From contig OY986950.1 of assembly GCA_963920595.1 (NCBI GenBank), positions 3,782,001 through 3,846,000 on the forward strand: 64,000 bases of DNA, written 5' to 3'. Every line of letters begins with the position of its first letter. Within the stretch, counting starts at the first letter, position 1. Source of the stretch: Eimeria praecox (lineage: Eukaryota). Under the pieces are notes generated by a model. The model saw nothing but the letters and a program-made list of their open reading frames with translations, was not told the origin of the DNA and searched no databases. Both the position numbers and the translations under genes were made by a program. Shown one piece after another: positions 1 through 21,427 of the stretch.

Positions 1-40
<40 letters not shown>

Positions 41-204
41 TCTGTCTCTCTCCCTCTCTCTCTGTCTCCTTTCTCTTTTTTCTGTTTTTCTTTGTTTTTT
101 TCTTTCCTGTAGTATCTACAAATAGGTTTTTATATCAGCATTTAAAAGAAGTAGAATATAAAAGTATAAAAATATATAAATATAATATATATAAATACAA
201 TATA

Positions 205-248
<44 letters not shown>

Positions 249-388
249 ATATTTATATATATGTAAATATAATAATAATAATAATACATTGTTAGCAGCA
301 AAAGAAAGAAAAACAAACAAAGATAAAAAATATTTTTCTATCTTTTATATATTTCAATAAAACACCGAGTCAACACCATAAAACCCTC

Positions 389-450
<62 letters not shown>

Positions 451-587
451 CGCTGCTGCTCCGCACAGGCTCTCCCTGTAAGCAGCAGCAGCACAAGGCT
501 ATACGGATATAGCTGTCTCCGACAGCAGCAGCAAACCTGCTTCAGCTAGCAGCGCAGCATACACATATCCCTCGAGCAGCAGCAACA

Positions 588-619
<32 letters not shown>

Positions 620-808
620 TGTCTCTGCTGCTGCTGCTGCTGCTGCTGCAAAGAGGCTGCTCTGCTCTCCTACTCGTCAAGATATACCTTTCTTTGTTTC
701 TTTAGAGCACGCTGCAAACGTAAAGAAAGATAAAATCTACGGTGTATGTGCTGCTTGCTGTACATACACCTCATTATAAAGGAGACAGCAGATATATCCT
801 TCTATTCT

Positions 809-890
809 CTATCTCCTCTCTCTTGCTGCTAAGGAGACAGTCTGTTCGCTCTGCTGTCTAGACAGAAACATCACAGCTTCTTCAGCTCTC

Positions 891-925
<35 letters not shown>

Positions 926-1032
926 AGGAGACACATCTTCTGCTGCAGGCAGCCGTGTCTGTGCATCTCTCCCACCCCCGTCAGCACGGGCCCTGCTGCT
1001 GCTGCTGCTGCTGCTGCTACCGCTGCTGCTGT

Positions 1033-1068
<36 letters not shown>

Positions 1069-1178
1069 GGTTTGAGGCCCCGAAGAAAGCGTCAAGGCCC
1101 CCGAGCAGCGCCAGCTGCTGCAGTTGCTCGAGGAGCACTTCCTGCTGCTGCTGCTGACGTGATTGGTGCTGCTGCTGC

Positions 1179-1241
<63 letters not shown>

Positions 1242-1304
1242 AGTTGCATTTCCGCTGTGCTAGAGCGTCGCTGTGATGACGCACTGACTCCGCCTGCATC
1301 CCGA

Positions 1305-1352
<48 letters not shown>

Positions 1353-1802
1353 GTGTCTGTGGGGTTTTGCTGCTCCTCCTTAGCTTTCGAGACAGCTAGC
1401 ATATGTCTTTGCAGGTCTTCCCCTAGCTGCTGCAGCTCTTGCTGCTGCCGCCGCTGCAGCTGTTCTCTAGCAAGATGGAGTTGCTGCTGCAGCGTCTCAT
1501 CAAACGAGCCTTGCGATTCGGTTTGCTGCTGCTGCTGCTGCTGCTGCTGTTGCTGCTGCTGTTGTTGTTGCTGACGTTGCTGCTGCTGCTGTCTCGGTCT
1601 TCCTTGTGTCTTGTGTTTGCTTCGAGTAGACTGCTGTCTATGCTGCTCTAGCAGCTGCTGCTGTATCATCTGCAGCTGCTGGTCTGCCCGCTGCGGTGGG
1701 GCCCTCAAGGAAGGTTGTGGGGGTGTACGTCCGTGCTGCAGCAGGAACCTCCTCACGCATTCAGGATCTACAGTCATATCTGCTGTGGCTGCTGCTGCTG
1801 TT

Positions 1803-1833
<31 letters not shown>

Positions 1834-1923
1834 TTGTTGGTGGTGGTGGTGGTGTTGTTGTTGCTGTTGTTGTTGCTGTTGTTGTTGCTGATGCAGAAGC
1901 AGTAGCTGTACTAGTACTTGAAC

Positions 1924-1969
<46 letters not shown>

Positions 1970-2057
1970 TCCCCCTGAGAAATCGTAAGGACAAGCTTCT
2001 CGTGCTGCTTGCTCTGCCATATCTTCGAACTCTGCAGCGAGAGTGAGCCGCTGCTGC

Positions 2058-2134
<77 letters not shown>

Positions 2135-2351
2135 CAGGCAAGAAGAAGCTTCTCTCTCATATGTAGATACAGCTGGCTCTCTCTGTATATCTGCTGCTAG
2201 TGCTGCAGCAGATATGCTGTCTCCTCTATCTATTTCTGTCTTGACAGCAGAATCTACAGCAGATAGCCGCATACCACGAGGGCCACACCCTCCCTGCCGC
2301 TGCTGCCTCTGCTGCCGCTGCTGCTGCCGCTGCTGCTGCTGCTGCTGCTGT

Positions 2352-2393
<42 letters not shown>

Positions 2394-2500
2394 AGGTCGT
2401 CCTCCTCGGTGCTGCCTCTGAGGACCCCCATAGCTCTATTGAAAAGTAGCTGTAGGCTGTCGTATGCTGTGTCTCTGTCTCCTGCTGTCTCCCCTCGATC

Positions 2501-2535
<35 letters not shown>

Positions 2536-2675
2536 TTGCTGTTGCTGCTGTTGCTGCTGGTTGTGGCGGTGGTTGTGGGGAGTGTCTGAGTGGCACAGCA
2601 AGTGCAGCAGCAGCAGCAGCAGCAGCAGCAAGCCCTGTAGCAACAGCACGATCCATAGTAGAATTGAGTTGGGGG

Positions 2676-2707
<32 letters not shown>

Positions 2708-3015
2708 CTCTAAGGCCCTCAGATCTAACCATGGGATTAAACGTCTCTTCCTCGTGTTTACGCTCGCCCCTCCACTGAAGAGCTGCTTGCAGCTAGCAGC
2801 AGCAGCAGCAGCTGCTGCTGCTGTTGCTGCTGCATCTGGTGATGCTGCTGCTGCTCCTCCTGCTGCTCCTGTTGCTGCTGCTCCTGCTGCTGCTGCTGCT
2901 GCTGCTGCAGCAGCAGCAGCAGCAGCAGACTCTTCCTCTACTTGAGATTGAAATAGCTCTGTTGCTCGTTCTTTTCTCTTGACTGTTCTCGGTCCTGTGT
3001 CTCCTGCTGCAGCTC

Positions 3016-3057
<42 letters not shown>

Positions 3058-3075
3058 AGGGTTTCCGGGGCTTTC

Positions 3076-3115
<40 letters not shown>

Positions 3116-3245
3116 TGTAGCCGCATGCACAGCTGTTTCTTCTTTTGCTGCTGCATGCACTATCCCCCCTAAATACTCCTCATATCTAGCGGGGCGTCTG
3201 ATGCGTCTCTTATCTCTCGCCCTTACAGAAGGCCCCACATCACCA

Positions 3246-3277
<32 letters not shown>

Positions 3278-3392
3278 GGTTGCTGCTGCTGCTGCGGTTG
3301 CTGCTGCTGCTGCTGCGCCTTCCTCTGCTTCTTCGGCTGTCAACGCACCTCCTGAACCCTCGTCAGACGAACGCCTGCTTGCTACACATTCA

Positions 3393-3426
<34 letters not shown>

Positions 3427-3594
3427 CTGGGGCTTCGTCGGGCCCCGTCGAGCTGCTGCTGCTGCTGCTGCTGGTATCGTTGCTGCTGCTGCTGCTGCTG
3501 CTGCTATCGTTGCTGCGAGTGTTCTCCTCGGTTTGTTCGGAGCCAGCTGCAGCAGACTCGTCTTCTTCACTGCTGCCTCTCCTGCCGCTGCTGC

Positions 3595-3629
<35 letters not shown>

Positions 3630-3750
3630 CTACTGCTGCTGCTACTGTTGCTGCTACTGCTGCTGCTGCTATTGCTGCTGCGTCTCTTCCATCCCCTTGC
3701 TGTGGCTTTCGGTGTCTTGTCTCCTTTCGTCTCCTTCTTTGAAAGCAGCT

Positions 3751-3799
<49 letters not shown>

Positions 3800-4507
3800 G
3801 CTGTCCTCTTCGCCCTTTGCTGCATGCATTGTCTCCTGCTGCTGCACTACCTCTTGCTGCTGCTGCTGTTGCTGTTGCTGCTGCTGCTGCTGCTGTGTCT
3901 CCTGCTGCTGCCCTGTCTCCGTCGTATGGCCTTCCGTCTCCTCTGCGACACCCTTACTGCCGAGGTGTTTTGCAGCAGCAGCAGCTGCTGCTGCTGCTGC
4001 TGCTGTTGCTGTTGCTGCTGTTGCTGCTGCTGCTGTTGCTGCTGTTGTTGCTGCTGTTGCTGCACCTGTAGCTTGGGGGCTTGAGGAGATCTGCAGCACA
4101 CAGACAGACAGAGTCTAACGAAACACATTCTTAAAGATGAATATATCCTACAGCAGCAGCAGCAGCTGCTGCTGCTGCTGCTGCAGCTGCTGCTGCTGCT
4201 GCAGCAGCAGCACATCTCCTACAGTAGCAGCCTCTGCTAGCTGCAAGCACAACTGTCTCACAACACCTGCCTATACACCCTAGACCTACATCTGAAGCTA
4301 TACACTCGGGATGTGTCTCCTTAATTTTGTCTGTCTCTTCTTCGTTGGAGACGGAGACAGCTGAAGCCTCAGGAGACACACAATCAGCTGCAGCAGCAGC
4401 AGCAGCAGCAGCAGCTGCTGCTGCTGCTGCAGCAGCTGCTGCCCCACCCTCTCCCTCCTTCCCCCGCCGCCTCTGCTGCTGCTGCTGCTGCTGTTGCTGT
4501 TGCTGCT

Positions 4508-4591
<84 letters not shown>

Positions 4592-4845
4592 TGTTCTTAT
4601 CAACACAGACTCCCTTCGGGATCGCAACACTCAGCGCTGCTGCCCATCCGCCCCCCGATGCCGCCATCGGAGCAGCAGCAGCAGCAGCAGCAGCAGCCGC
4701 AGCAGCAGCAGCAGCAGCTCTAGAGGAGCTACAAGAGCCTGTGTTCAAGTCTAATAAAGCACTGTCTCCTGGGCTGTCTGCTGAGGTGGTGTCTCCGCTG
4801 GAGCAGCTTTCCCCTGTCTTATCGTCTTCTGTACCTGCAGCTTGC

Positions 4846-4886
<41 letters not shown>

Positions 4887-4964
4887 CTCTTGTTGTTGCT
4901 GCTGCTGCTGCTGCTGTTGCTGCTGCTCCATAGGGAGACAGTCTCCTTCTCGAGCCTGAATCAT
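809..4964 (-). CDS. Hypothetical low-complexity protein (poly-A/Q/S), probably 2 exons: ~4964 (or 4931)-4286 and 4065-809
   Basis: A 3.3 kb stop-free frame (809..4099) has non-repetitive islands (RARDKRRIRRPARYEEY, TRKRRLIPW, LAAEFEDMAEQAAREACPYDF). Upstream ORF 4131..5096 joins in phase 1 via GTA G|GTCTAG and CTACAG|GT. No recognisable domain; basic clusters are NLS-like. Start and donor uncertain. Confidence 0.7.
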
Positions 4965-5121
4965 CTCTATGAGGCCCCCCTCACCCCACACCAACAAGGG
5001 AGGGGGGGGAGCAGCACCAGGAGACGATCCCAAGGAGACAGAAGGAGACAGACACCTGAGATAAATACCCTCTACCAAAATATTCTTGCGACACACACAC
5101 TCCTACAGATTCCGTAGAGAA

Positions 5122-5184
<63 letters not shown>

Positions 5185-5813
5185 GCTGCTGCACTGCAGG
5201 TGTACACGCAGATACACGTTCCAGCGCCACACACACTAGCAGCAGCAGCAGCAGCAGCTGCAGCAGCAGCAGCAGCAGCAGCAGCCACACTGCTGCTGAA
5301 GCCGTTGAGCTTCTAGTGCTGCAGAAGTTGTTCTAAAGACTGTCAACTCAGCAGCAGCAGCAGCAGCAGCAGCTGCAGCAGCAGCAGCAGCAGCAGCAGC
5401 GAGCTACAGACGGGGACCGCGCTCCAGAGCAAGCAAGCCGAGGTTTTGCTGCTGCAGCCTTCTGCTGCTGCTGTCTATCAGCAGCAGCAACAGACAGCAG
5501 CAGCAGATAAAAGCCTATCTTTCTTCTCTTGTAGGTGTATATACACCTGAAGAAGGAAGGGGGGGGGGGGGGGGAAGGGGGGCTCCTTGACCGTCAGGTG
5601 TATGTTGAGCTACCTCTGTGTTTTTAAGATCTGTTTATTTATATATATATTTTTATTATAATATCGTAAATACAAATAAAATAAATATATATATTCTACA
5701 ATATTTCTTTGTGTTGTTTATTTATTTATTTAATATAATATATATGTTTTTATGTTGTTGGTGTTATTAAGAGAGAGAGAGAGAGTGTGGCGGTGAGAGG
5801 CAGAGAAACTACA

Positions 5814-5871
<58 letters not shown>

Positions 5872-5949
5872 CTGCTGTAGACAACGTGTAAATAGCAGCA
5901 AAATATTTTAAAAGAGTCAAAAACTTGAGGTTGGACCTTCACACAAACA

Positions 5950-5999
<50 letters not shown>

Positions 6000-6008
6000 G
6001 GCTGGTGC

Positions 6009-6041
<33 letters not shown>

Positions 6042-6589
6042 CTTCTGTTGCTTCTTTGTTTGAAACAACCCTCTCCATTTGTTTATAAACAATAAATATA
6101 GTATATAATTAATAAATATAATCTATTTAAATATATCTTGCATACAAACAAGCTATATCAACACCCCAGCAACATATCTATGTATACTATGAGAGCAGCC
6201 GCTCACAGTGTACATACACCTCAACCTGTCTAGCTGTTTGTTGAGGGGGCTTTCTGCTTTTGTTTATTGTTGTCTTCTATTCATTAAAACCCAAATATAT
6301 CTACATAAATAAGAAAGCAAAGCTGTCTATACACTACACAGCTGCCTATACACCTCAAAATAAACATAGAAGAAGGAGGCCCCCGGGGGGGGGGGGGGGG
6401 GGGGGTAGACAGTTAGTTGTTTAGGGTTGTTGGTGTAGCAAGTATATATGTTTTATTTATTTTTAATATTATAAATTACTTTTTATTTATTTTATTTTAT
6501 TTAGAAATATAAGAAACAACATTAAATATGCAATAAACCTGTTTGCTCGCTCTATACCCATACTCGCCCCCTCCACCTTCCCTGCTGCT

Positions 6590-6641
<52 letters not shown>

Positions 6642-6732
6642 TTGTGTCTGTCTAACGAAGTCACTCGAGTCTGTTGTTCTTGCTTGTGTTATATATATTT
6701 TTATTGTTTGTTGTTGACTGTCTCTAATAAAC
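4965..6732. promoter_or_regulatory. Divergent intergenic region (shared promoter/5' UTRs) between the hypothetical gene (-) and the NifS-like gene (+)
   Basis: Head-to-head gene arrangement; poly-G tracts at ~5558-5582 and ~6385-6405; palindrome AGGTGTATATACACCT at 5533-5548. Regulatory role inferred from position only. Confidence 0.45.
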
Positions 6733-13633
<6,901 letters not shown>

Positions 13634-13696
13634 GAGACACCTCAATAAATATATACACCTGCTAGGGTGTCTCTGCATCTCCTGCTGCTACTGCTC

Positions 13697-13729
<33 letters not shown>

Positions 13730-14246
13730 CTGCAGAAGACACACAAGAGACAGCAGCATCTGTCTATCTCTCTGTCTCTGTCTCTGTTTTGTTCTTGTCT
13801 CTGCTTCTGTCTCTCCTTGTCTCCTTCTCTATCTTATCCTCTCTCTATCTCTCTGTCTCTCTATTTATTATATTTTCTGTCTCTCTTTCTGTCTCCTCTG
13901 TCTTTAATATCATAAAGACACACCACCGAAGCATAACTGTCTCCTCTTCTGCTGTCTCTGCAGGGCCCCTGAGGTGTCTCCACAGCTCTAGCTAGAGCCA
14001 ACAACCCTTCTAGCCTTCTCTCTCTTAGGGGGGGGCCCCCTCCTCACAGCCCCACCCATTGGGGGGCCCCAGGGGCCCCCTCCCAAGTCCCTGCATGCAT
14101 GCAAGCCCTGCATGCATGCATGCATGCATGCAGTAACAAGAACATCCTTCTTTTCTCTCCATCTTTCTTTTCTTCTCTCTCTCTCTTTGTTGTTTAAATT
14201 AATTTTATTTTAACAATTCTTACTATCCTAGGGGCCTTGAGTTTAT

Positions 14247-14297
<51 letters not shown>

Positions 14298-14542
14298 AGC
14301 TTCTAGCTAAATATTATATATGCTAAAGAGACACCTCCTAAGGAGACAGACACAAGCTGGAGAACCTGGGGGGGCCCCCAGGGGCCCCCAGGGCCCCCCT
14401 AGGCCCCTCTTGGGGCTGCATGCATGGGGCCGCATGCATGCATGTGCTGCTGCCTAGAGATCAAGAAGAACTCAGCCTCTCCTTCCCTAAACAGCTTCCT
14501 ATATAAGTAAATAGATGTATTAGATTAATTAAAATAAATACA

Positions 14543-14658
<116 letters not shown>

Positions 14659-15320
14659 TTGCATGCATGCATATATAGACCTTCGATTCTAAACAAATAA
14701 AGACTCATAGAGAATGGCCATCTAATAGAATATACTCTCACTGTTAACTACAGGACCCTCTCCCTGTATCTGTCTGTCTCCTGTCTCCTTCTCTCTCTGT
14801 CTCTCTGTCTCTCTCTGTCTCTCTCTGTCTCTCTCTCTTTGTCTCTCTCTGTCTCTGTCTGTCTCTCTCTGTCTCTCTCTCTCTATGTCTCTCTCTGTCT
14901 CTGTCTGTCTCTCCCCCTCTCTCCATCCCTCTCTCTGTCTCTCTCTCTGTCTCTCTCTCTCTCTGTCTCACTCTCTATAACATATCTATATAATAATATA
15001 ATAATTATAATAATATACAATAATATAATTATAAGGAGGGCTTGGGGTGTACATGCAGCATGGATACAGCGCGTGTGAATCTGTAAATTATTTTATTTTT
15101 TTTATTTTTTTTAATTTTTTTATTATTTATTTTATTTTAATTATTTATTTATATTTTATTTTAATTATTTTGATGTGTGGGGCCACGCGGGGCTGCGTAT
15201 GATGATGCTACGGTTAGACCCGACATAGTAAGTAAGGATGTGTTTGTTAGATTTGTTGCTGCTGTTCTCATCCTGCATGCATGCAGCCCCTGTATTTAAT
15301 TAATTAAAAGAAGACACTCG

Positions 15321-15398
<78 letters not shown>

Positions 15399-15809
15399 AC
15401 AGCAGCAGCAGACCAGCCGGCGGCTCATGACGGCTCGTTTGGTGTTAATATGTGTTTCGATATATATAGGATGTATGTTAAAGAGTTATTTAATTGTATT
15501 AATATATAATTATAATAAAATTAATATAATAAATATAATAAAAACAATAAAATAAATAAATAAATAAGAAGAAAGCATACAATACAACAAAGAAGCAGCA
15601 ATTATGAGCCCTAAGAGTGGTTGAGCGATGTACCTACGGTGTATGTACACTCCACAAGATGTTGCTTTATGGTTTAATTTATAATATTTTTATATTATTT
15701 TATATAAATTAAATATAATAAATAAATAATTATATAAATTAAATATTATTTTCTTGTTTTATTTGATTTTAAAAGCTATTTTTATACAATATCAGCCTCC
15801 TGGTGTTGC

Positions 15810-15846
<37 letters not shown>

Positions 15847-16055
15847 TCCGCTCCCGCTGCTGCTGCTGCTGGCACTGCAGCAGCAGCAGGAGGGTCTTTT
15901 ATGTTTGTTTTTGTATGTTTTTTATGGTTTTTGTTTGTGTTTCTGTCTATTTAATGTTTATAATATATTATATAAAGGATATAATTGTTTATTTTTATTA
16001 ATTCTGGTGGCCCTACAGAGGGAGAGGGAGGGCGGCCTCTCCCTCCTTACTTACG

Positions 16056-16537
16056 ATGAAGCAGCAGCAGCAATTCATTATTTTTATTTATATATTTCTT
16101 ATATTTAGTAAATTTGTTTTATCTATTGATAATTCTTCTACCAGTTCCTCTGCCGATTCTTTCTTCCCTCGTTCATCCTCATCGTCTCCTTGGGGGCCCC
16201 CATCAGGGGGGGCCCCATTAGGGGGGGGGGCCCCATTAGGGGGGGGGGCCCCCTTAGGGGGGCCTCATCATCTTGTAGGGGGTCCATTAGGAGGGGGTAC
16301 CTTGGGGGTGGGGCCTCTGGGATCGCCTCTGGGATCGCCTCTGGGATCCGATCCCTCGGAAGGATCGCTAGGGGGGGGGGCCCTAGGGGCCCCTATAGAT
16401 GATGCTACACCTGGGGCTACCCCACCTGTGGGATCGACTCCAACGATCCCAGGATGGCCTCCTAGGCCCCGCTATAGTCTCCTAGATCAGCTTGATAGCG
16501 AGCATGCTGAGCAGACAGATGTAAGAGAGGCTTCTCT

Positions 16538-16568
<31 letters not shown>

Positions 16569-16813
16569 AGCAGCAACAGCAGCAGCAGCAGAAGCAGGGA
16601 CAGAAGGGGAGGGGGTTGAATATAGGGTTTATATGTATATAGAATAAATAAAGAGGAGACAGACAAACGTAGACAGAGATATGAAGAGAGAAGAGACAGA
16701 TAAATATAACATGAGGATAATAGAGAGAGAGAGGAGACACATTAATAAAATAATACTAAATACAACACAGATATTGATGTTCTCTTACGTGTGCTGCGCT
16801 TGCTGCTGCTGCT

Positions 16814-16850
<37 letters not shown>

Positions 16851-17722
16851 CTGTTGCTGCTGTTGCTGCTGCTGCTGCTGCTGTGCTGCAGCTGTCTTCG
16901 GATGAGTCGACACAAGACGATCACTCTGTCTCTGATGACACCTGGAGCTCTGTACCAGGTTAGGATCTCTACTGTCTCCTTATCCCTACTGTCTCCTCAT
17001 TTCTACTGTCTCCTTGTCTGTACTGTCTCCTTATCTCTACTGTCTCCATCTCTTTACTGTCTCCTTATCTCTACTGTCTCCTTATCTCTACTGTCTCCTT
17101 ATCTTTACTGTCTCCTTATCTGTACTGTCTCCTTATCTCTACTGTCTCCTTATCTCTACAGTCTCCTTGTCTGTACTGTCTCCTTATCTGTCCTGTGTCT
17201 CCTTATCTGTACTGTCTCCTTATCTCTACTGTCTCCTTATCTGTCCTGTGTCTCCTTATCTGTACTGTCTCCTTGTCTGTACTGTCTCCTTATCTCTACT
17301 GTCTCCTTGTCTGTACTGTCTCCTTATCTTTACTGTCTCCTTATCTGTCCTGTGTCTCCTTATCTCTACTGTCTCCTTATCTGTACTGTCTCCTTATCTG
17401 TCCTGTGTCTCCTTATCTGTACTGTCTCCTCATTTCTACTGTCTCCCTGAGGAGACAGTCTCCTATCCTCGTGTGTCTGTTGTCTGCTGTGCTGTCTGTG
17501 TCTGTGTTATAATCTATCTCTGTCTCTGTTATTGACTGTCTCCTTTCTTAAGTATCTCCCCTCCTATGTGTCTCCTTGGGTAGCTGTCTCTGTCTCTATC
17601 TCTATCTCTGTCTCTGTCTCTGTCTCTGTCTCTGTCTCTGTTTCTCTTTCTATCTGTCGCTGTATGTTTAATATATATTACTGTGTGTGTGTTGCGTGTG
17701 CTGCTGTTGCTGCTGCTGCTGC

Positions 17723-17754
<32 letters not shown>

Positions 17755-19283
17755 TTGTTGCTGTTTAGAGACAATAAATGAGGAGACAGTAACGCCAGCA
17801 GATCTAACCTGCTCGCCTTCTCTCTTTCTGTCTCCTTTGGGGCCCCCCAGGGCTTTAGGGGATGCATCAGAGTTATTAAATGCATTTAAATTATTTTCTA
17901 GACAGCAAACAAATAATAAACAAAGTAAATTGTTGTTGTTTATGACTGCGGGGACAGGAGAAGAACTTATTGGAAGTAGACAGATATCACAGAGATGTGA
18001 GGACTCCACATCTACTGTCTCCTTTCTTTGTTTTAACTGTCTCCTTCGTTTCTATCTACTGTCTCCTTTCTTTGTTTTAACTGTCTCCTTCGTTTCTATC
18101 TACTGTCTCCTTTCTTTGTTTTAACTGTCTCCTTCGTTTCTATCAACTGTCTCCTTTCTTTGTTTTAACTGTCTCCTTCGTTTCTATTAACTGTCTCCTT
18201 TCTTTATTTTATCTGTCTCCTTTCTCTGTTTTAACTGTCTCCTTTCTTTATTTTATCTATCTCCTTCGTGTCTCTTAACTGTCTCCCTTGTCTGTTTTAA
18301 CTGTCTCCTTTGTCTCTCTTAACTGTCTCCTTTCTTTGTTTTATCTGTCTCCTTTCTTTATTTTATCTGTCTCCTTTTTTTATCTTAGCTGTCTCCTTCC
18401 TCTGTTTTAACTGTCTCCTTTCTTTGTTTTAACTGTCTCCTTCGTTTCTATTCACTGTCTCCTTTCTTTATTTTATCTGGCTCCTTCGTGTCTCTTAACT
18501 GTCTCCCTTGTCTATTATAACTGTCTCCTTTCTCTGTTTTAACTGTCTCCTTTGTCTCTTTCAGCTGTCTCCTTCGTGTCTCTTGACTGTCTCCTTTCTC
18601 TCTCAGCTGTCTCCGTTGTCTCTTTTAACTGTCTCCTCTCTCTTAACTGTCTCCTGTCTGTCTTAACTGTCTCCTTTCTCTTATCTGTCTCCTCTATTTT
18701 ATCTGTCTCTTGTCTATCTCTATCTTGTCTGTCTCCCTTGTCTCTTCTAACTGTCTCCTTTCTCTTAACTGTCTCCCTTGTGTCTTTTAACATGTGTGTC
18801 TCCCTTCTCTTATCTGTCTCCTGTCTGTCTTTTAACTGCCTCCTTCCTCTTACCTGTCTCCTTTGTCTATTGTAACTGTCTCCTTTATCTATTATAACTG
18901 TCTCCCTTATCTATTTATAATATATTATTTATATATTTATAACTGTCTCCTTAGTGTCTCCTTATCTTCTCCTCGGCGTCTCATTGTTTTTAACTGTCTC
19001 CTTATTGTCTGTCTCTTTGTCTCCTTCTGTCTCTCTGTCTGTCTTAACTGTATCCTTACTGTCTCTTAACTGTCTCCTGAGTGTCTCTGTGGGGTCTCTT
19101 AACTGTCTCCTTTGTGTGTTTTAACTGTCTCCTTACTGTCTCCTTACTGTCTCCTCACTGTCTCCTTACTGTCTCCTTACTGTCTCCTTACTGTCTCCTC
19201 AGTGTCTCCTAACTGTCTCTTGACTGTCTCCTCGTGTCTCTTGACTGTCTTCCTAGTGTCTCCTAACTGCCTCTCTCTCTCTC

Positions 19284-19315
<32 letters not shown>

Positions 19316-19489
19316 GGATATTTAATGTATTTATAATATTTTATAATAACATACTAATATAATAAAATCTAATAATACAATAAATAAATTTAAACATGTT
19401 ATATATATATATATAGGATATTTAATTAGTTTATTATATTGTATAATAACATAATACTATAATAAAATATAATAATATAATAAATAAAT

Positions 19490-19529
<40 letters not shown>

Positions 19530-19823
19530 TCTGTTTTTTTTCAGTGGTTGTTCAACCAACAGTCCGTAAACAACGTACAGGCTACTTCAGTCCAAGCGAC
19601 GGAGTAGCAGAATTGAGTGATGATGGCAGGCTTCAAGTGGAGCTACTTCGGCAGGTGTTTATTAAATTTACTCAATTAATTAATTCTCTATCTTCTGAGC
19701 AGCGAAAAGATATATGTATTGATATATTTTATACTTCTACATTACAATCAGGAATTGAAACATCGCTTGAAACATTCGCGGGGTTACTCGAAGCCCTTGC
19801 ATGTCCTCCTCCTCCTCCTCCTC

Positions 19824-19859
<36 letters not shown>

Positions 19860-20455
19860 ATGTACAGCAGCAACAGCAGCATCATAAACAGCAGCAGCAG
19901 CAGCAGCATGTGAAACAGCAGCAGCTCCACAAGCAGCAGCAGCAGCAGCAGCAGCAGCAATCAAAACACCGCCTTCAACTGCAGCAGCACCACCACCACC
20001 ACCAACACCACCAACAGCAGCAGCAACAGCAGCAGCAGCAGCATCAACTGCAGCAGCAAACAGATGGCTATGTCTGTTCGAGTGTACGTTTAGTAGTGAT
20101 ACCACATTTAAGAGAAGTAGTAGAGTCAGCAGGAGACATAGGCGAGTCACTTCAACTGGTTTTGAAAAAAACAAAAACATTGAGAATACAGAATGGATTT
20201 CAACGAGATGTATTTGATTGTATTATATCCCATTATGCTATATGGTGGCGTAAACAGCAATTAAGTTTGTTAGGAAGTAATAAGTCTTATGCCCCTACAC
20301 CCCATCACCCTCCTCCTCATACTCCTGCTGCTCCTGCTGCTCCTGCTGCTGCTGCTGCAGCAGCTGCAGCAGCAGCAGCAGCAGCAGCAAATGCAGCAGC
20401 GAATGGACCGACAGGAAGCAGTTCAAGATCTTCTCTTCTCTCCTCATCTCTTCTA

Positions 20456-20489
<34 letters not shown>

Positions 20490-20505
20490 TCATCAACAAC
20501 AACAA

Positions 20506-20540
<35 letters not shown>

Positions 20541-21031
20541 GCAGCAGCAACTGCAGCAATATTGAATGTCTGGAGACACAAGTAGCAGCGTTAGATAAAG
20601 TAGTTGGGGGTTATCCTTTAGATTCAACCTCCTCCTCTTTTTTATTAAGTCTCGATCGTCTCTCCTATTCAAAAGCTTTACAATGTATCCCTATAACAGA
20701 GCATATACGACAGACTTGTGCCTTCTTAAGGGAGACAGCAACACAAGAAGCTGCAGCACAACGTGCTGTATTTACAACACCAGAAGAGATGCAACCAGAT
20801 TATGTTGAACCGGATAGTAGTGTGATGAGAAGGGGGCTTTCTCTTCTTCGGTCTTTATGTGCTGTACATACAGCCAATAAGTTTTTATTAACTACACACC
20901 CTAAGTTTGTTGAGAGACTAACAGGGAACCCAATTGATAATGGCGAGTTGTTTGCTGTCTCCCTCGATTGTTCTGCTCTTGCTGCTGCACTTGCAGATGT
21001 GGGGTTTAAACCGTGGACCAATCAAAAATAA
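16056..21031 (+). CDS. Putative secreted histidine-phosphatase (phosphoglycerate-mutase-like fold) protein with degenerate active site. Exons 16056-16520, 16892-16958, 17769-17975 (alternative donor 17924), 19545-21031; may extend to ~21528
   Basis: Signal-peptide-like N-terminus MKQQQQFIIFIYIFLIFSKFVLS; phase-consistent GT-AG introns. Fold landmarks in order: KLLLFMTAG (RHG position), LSDDGRLQV, IFYTSTLQSGIET, VVIPHLREV, FLLTTHPKF, IDNGE. Family assigned by motif recognition only. Confidence 0.68.
16965..19270 (+). repeat. Intronic CTGTCTCC-core minisatellites (~16965-17460 TCTCTACTGTCTCCTTA type; ~18010-19270 TTAACTGTCTCCTT type)
   Basis: Tandem units begin within a few tens of bases of the donors at 16959 and 17976. 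Confidence 0.9.
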
Positions 21032-21237
21032 AAAAAAAGAGGAAGATTATTGCAGATACAACAGCAGCAGCAGCAGCAGAAGATGCAGCAGCAGCAGCAG
21101 AAGCAGAAGCAGCAGCAGCAGAAGCAGAAGCAGCAAAAGAAGCAGCAGCAGAAGAAGCAGCAGCAGCGGAAGAAGCAGCAGCAGAAGAAGCAGCAGAAGC
21201 AGCAGCAGCAGCAGAAGGAGCAGCAGCAGCGGAAGAA

Positions 21238-21291
<54 letters not shown>

Positions 21292-21394
21292 GCTGATAAT
21301 GATGAGGATGGTGGTGTTGTTGTTGTGGGAGTTAAAGCAGAAGAACGTATCCTGCGAAAAGGCTGCAGCAGATATATACGAATGCAGCAAGTGC

Positions 21395-21427
<33 letters not shown>

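Noticed and set aside
15195..15290. ATGATGA suggesting a C/D-box snoRNA
   Set aside because: No suitably placed CTGA D box or terminal stem seen.
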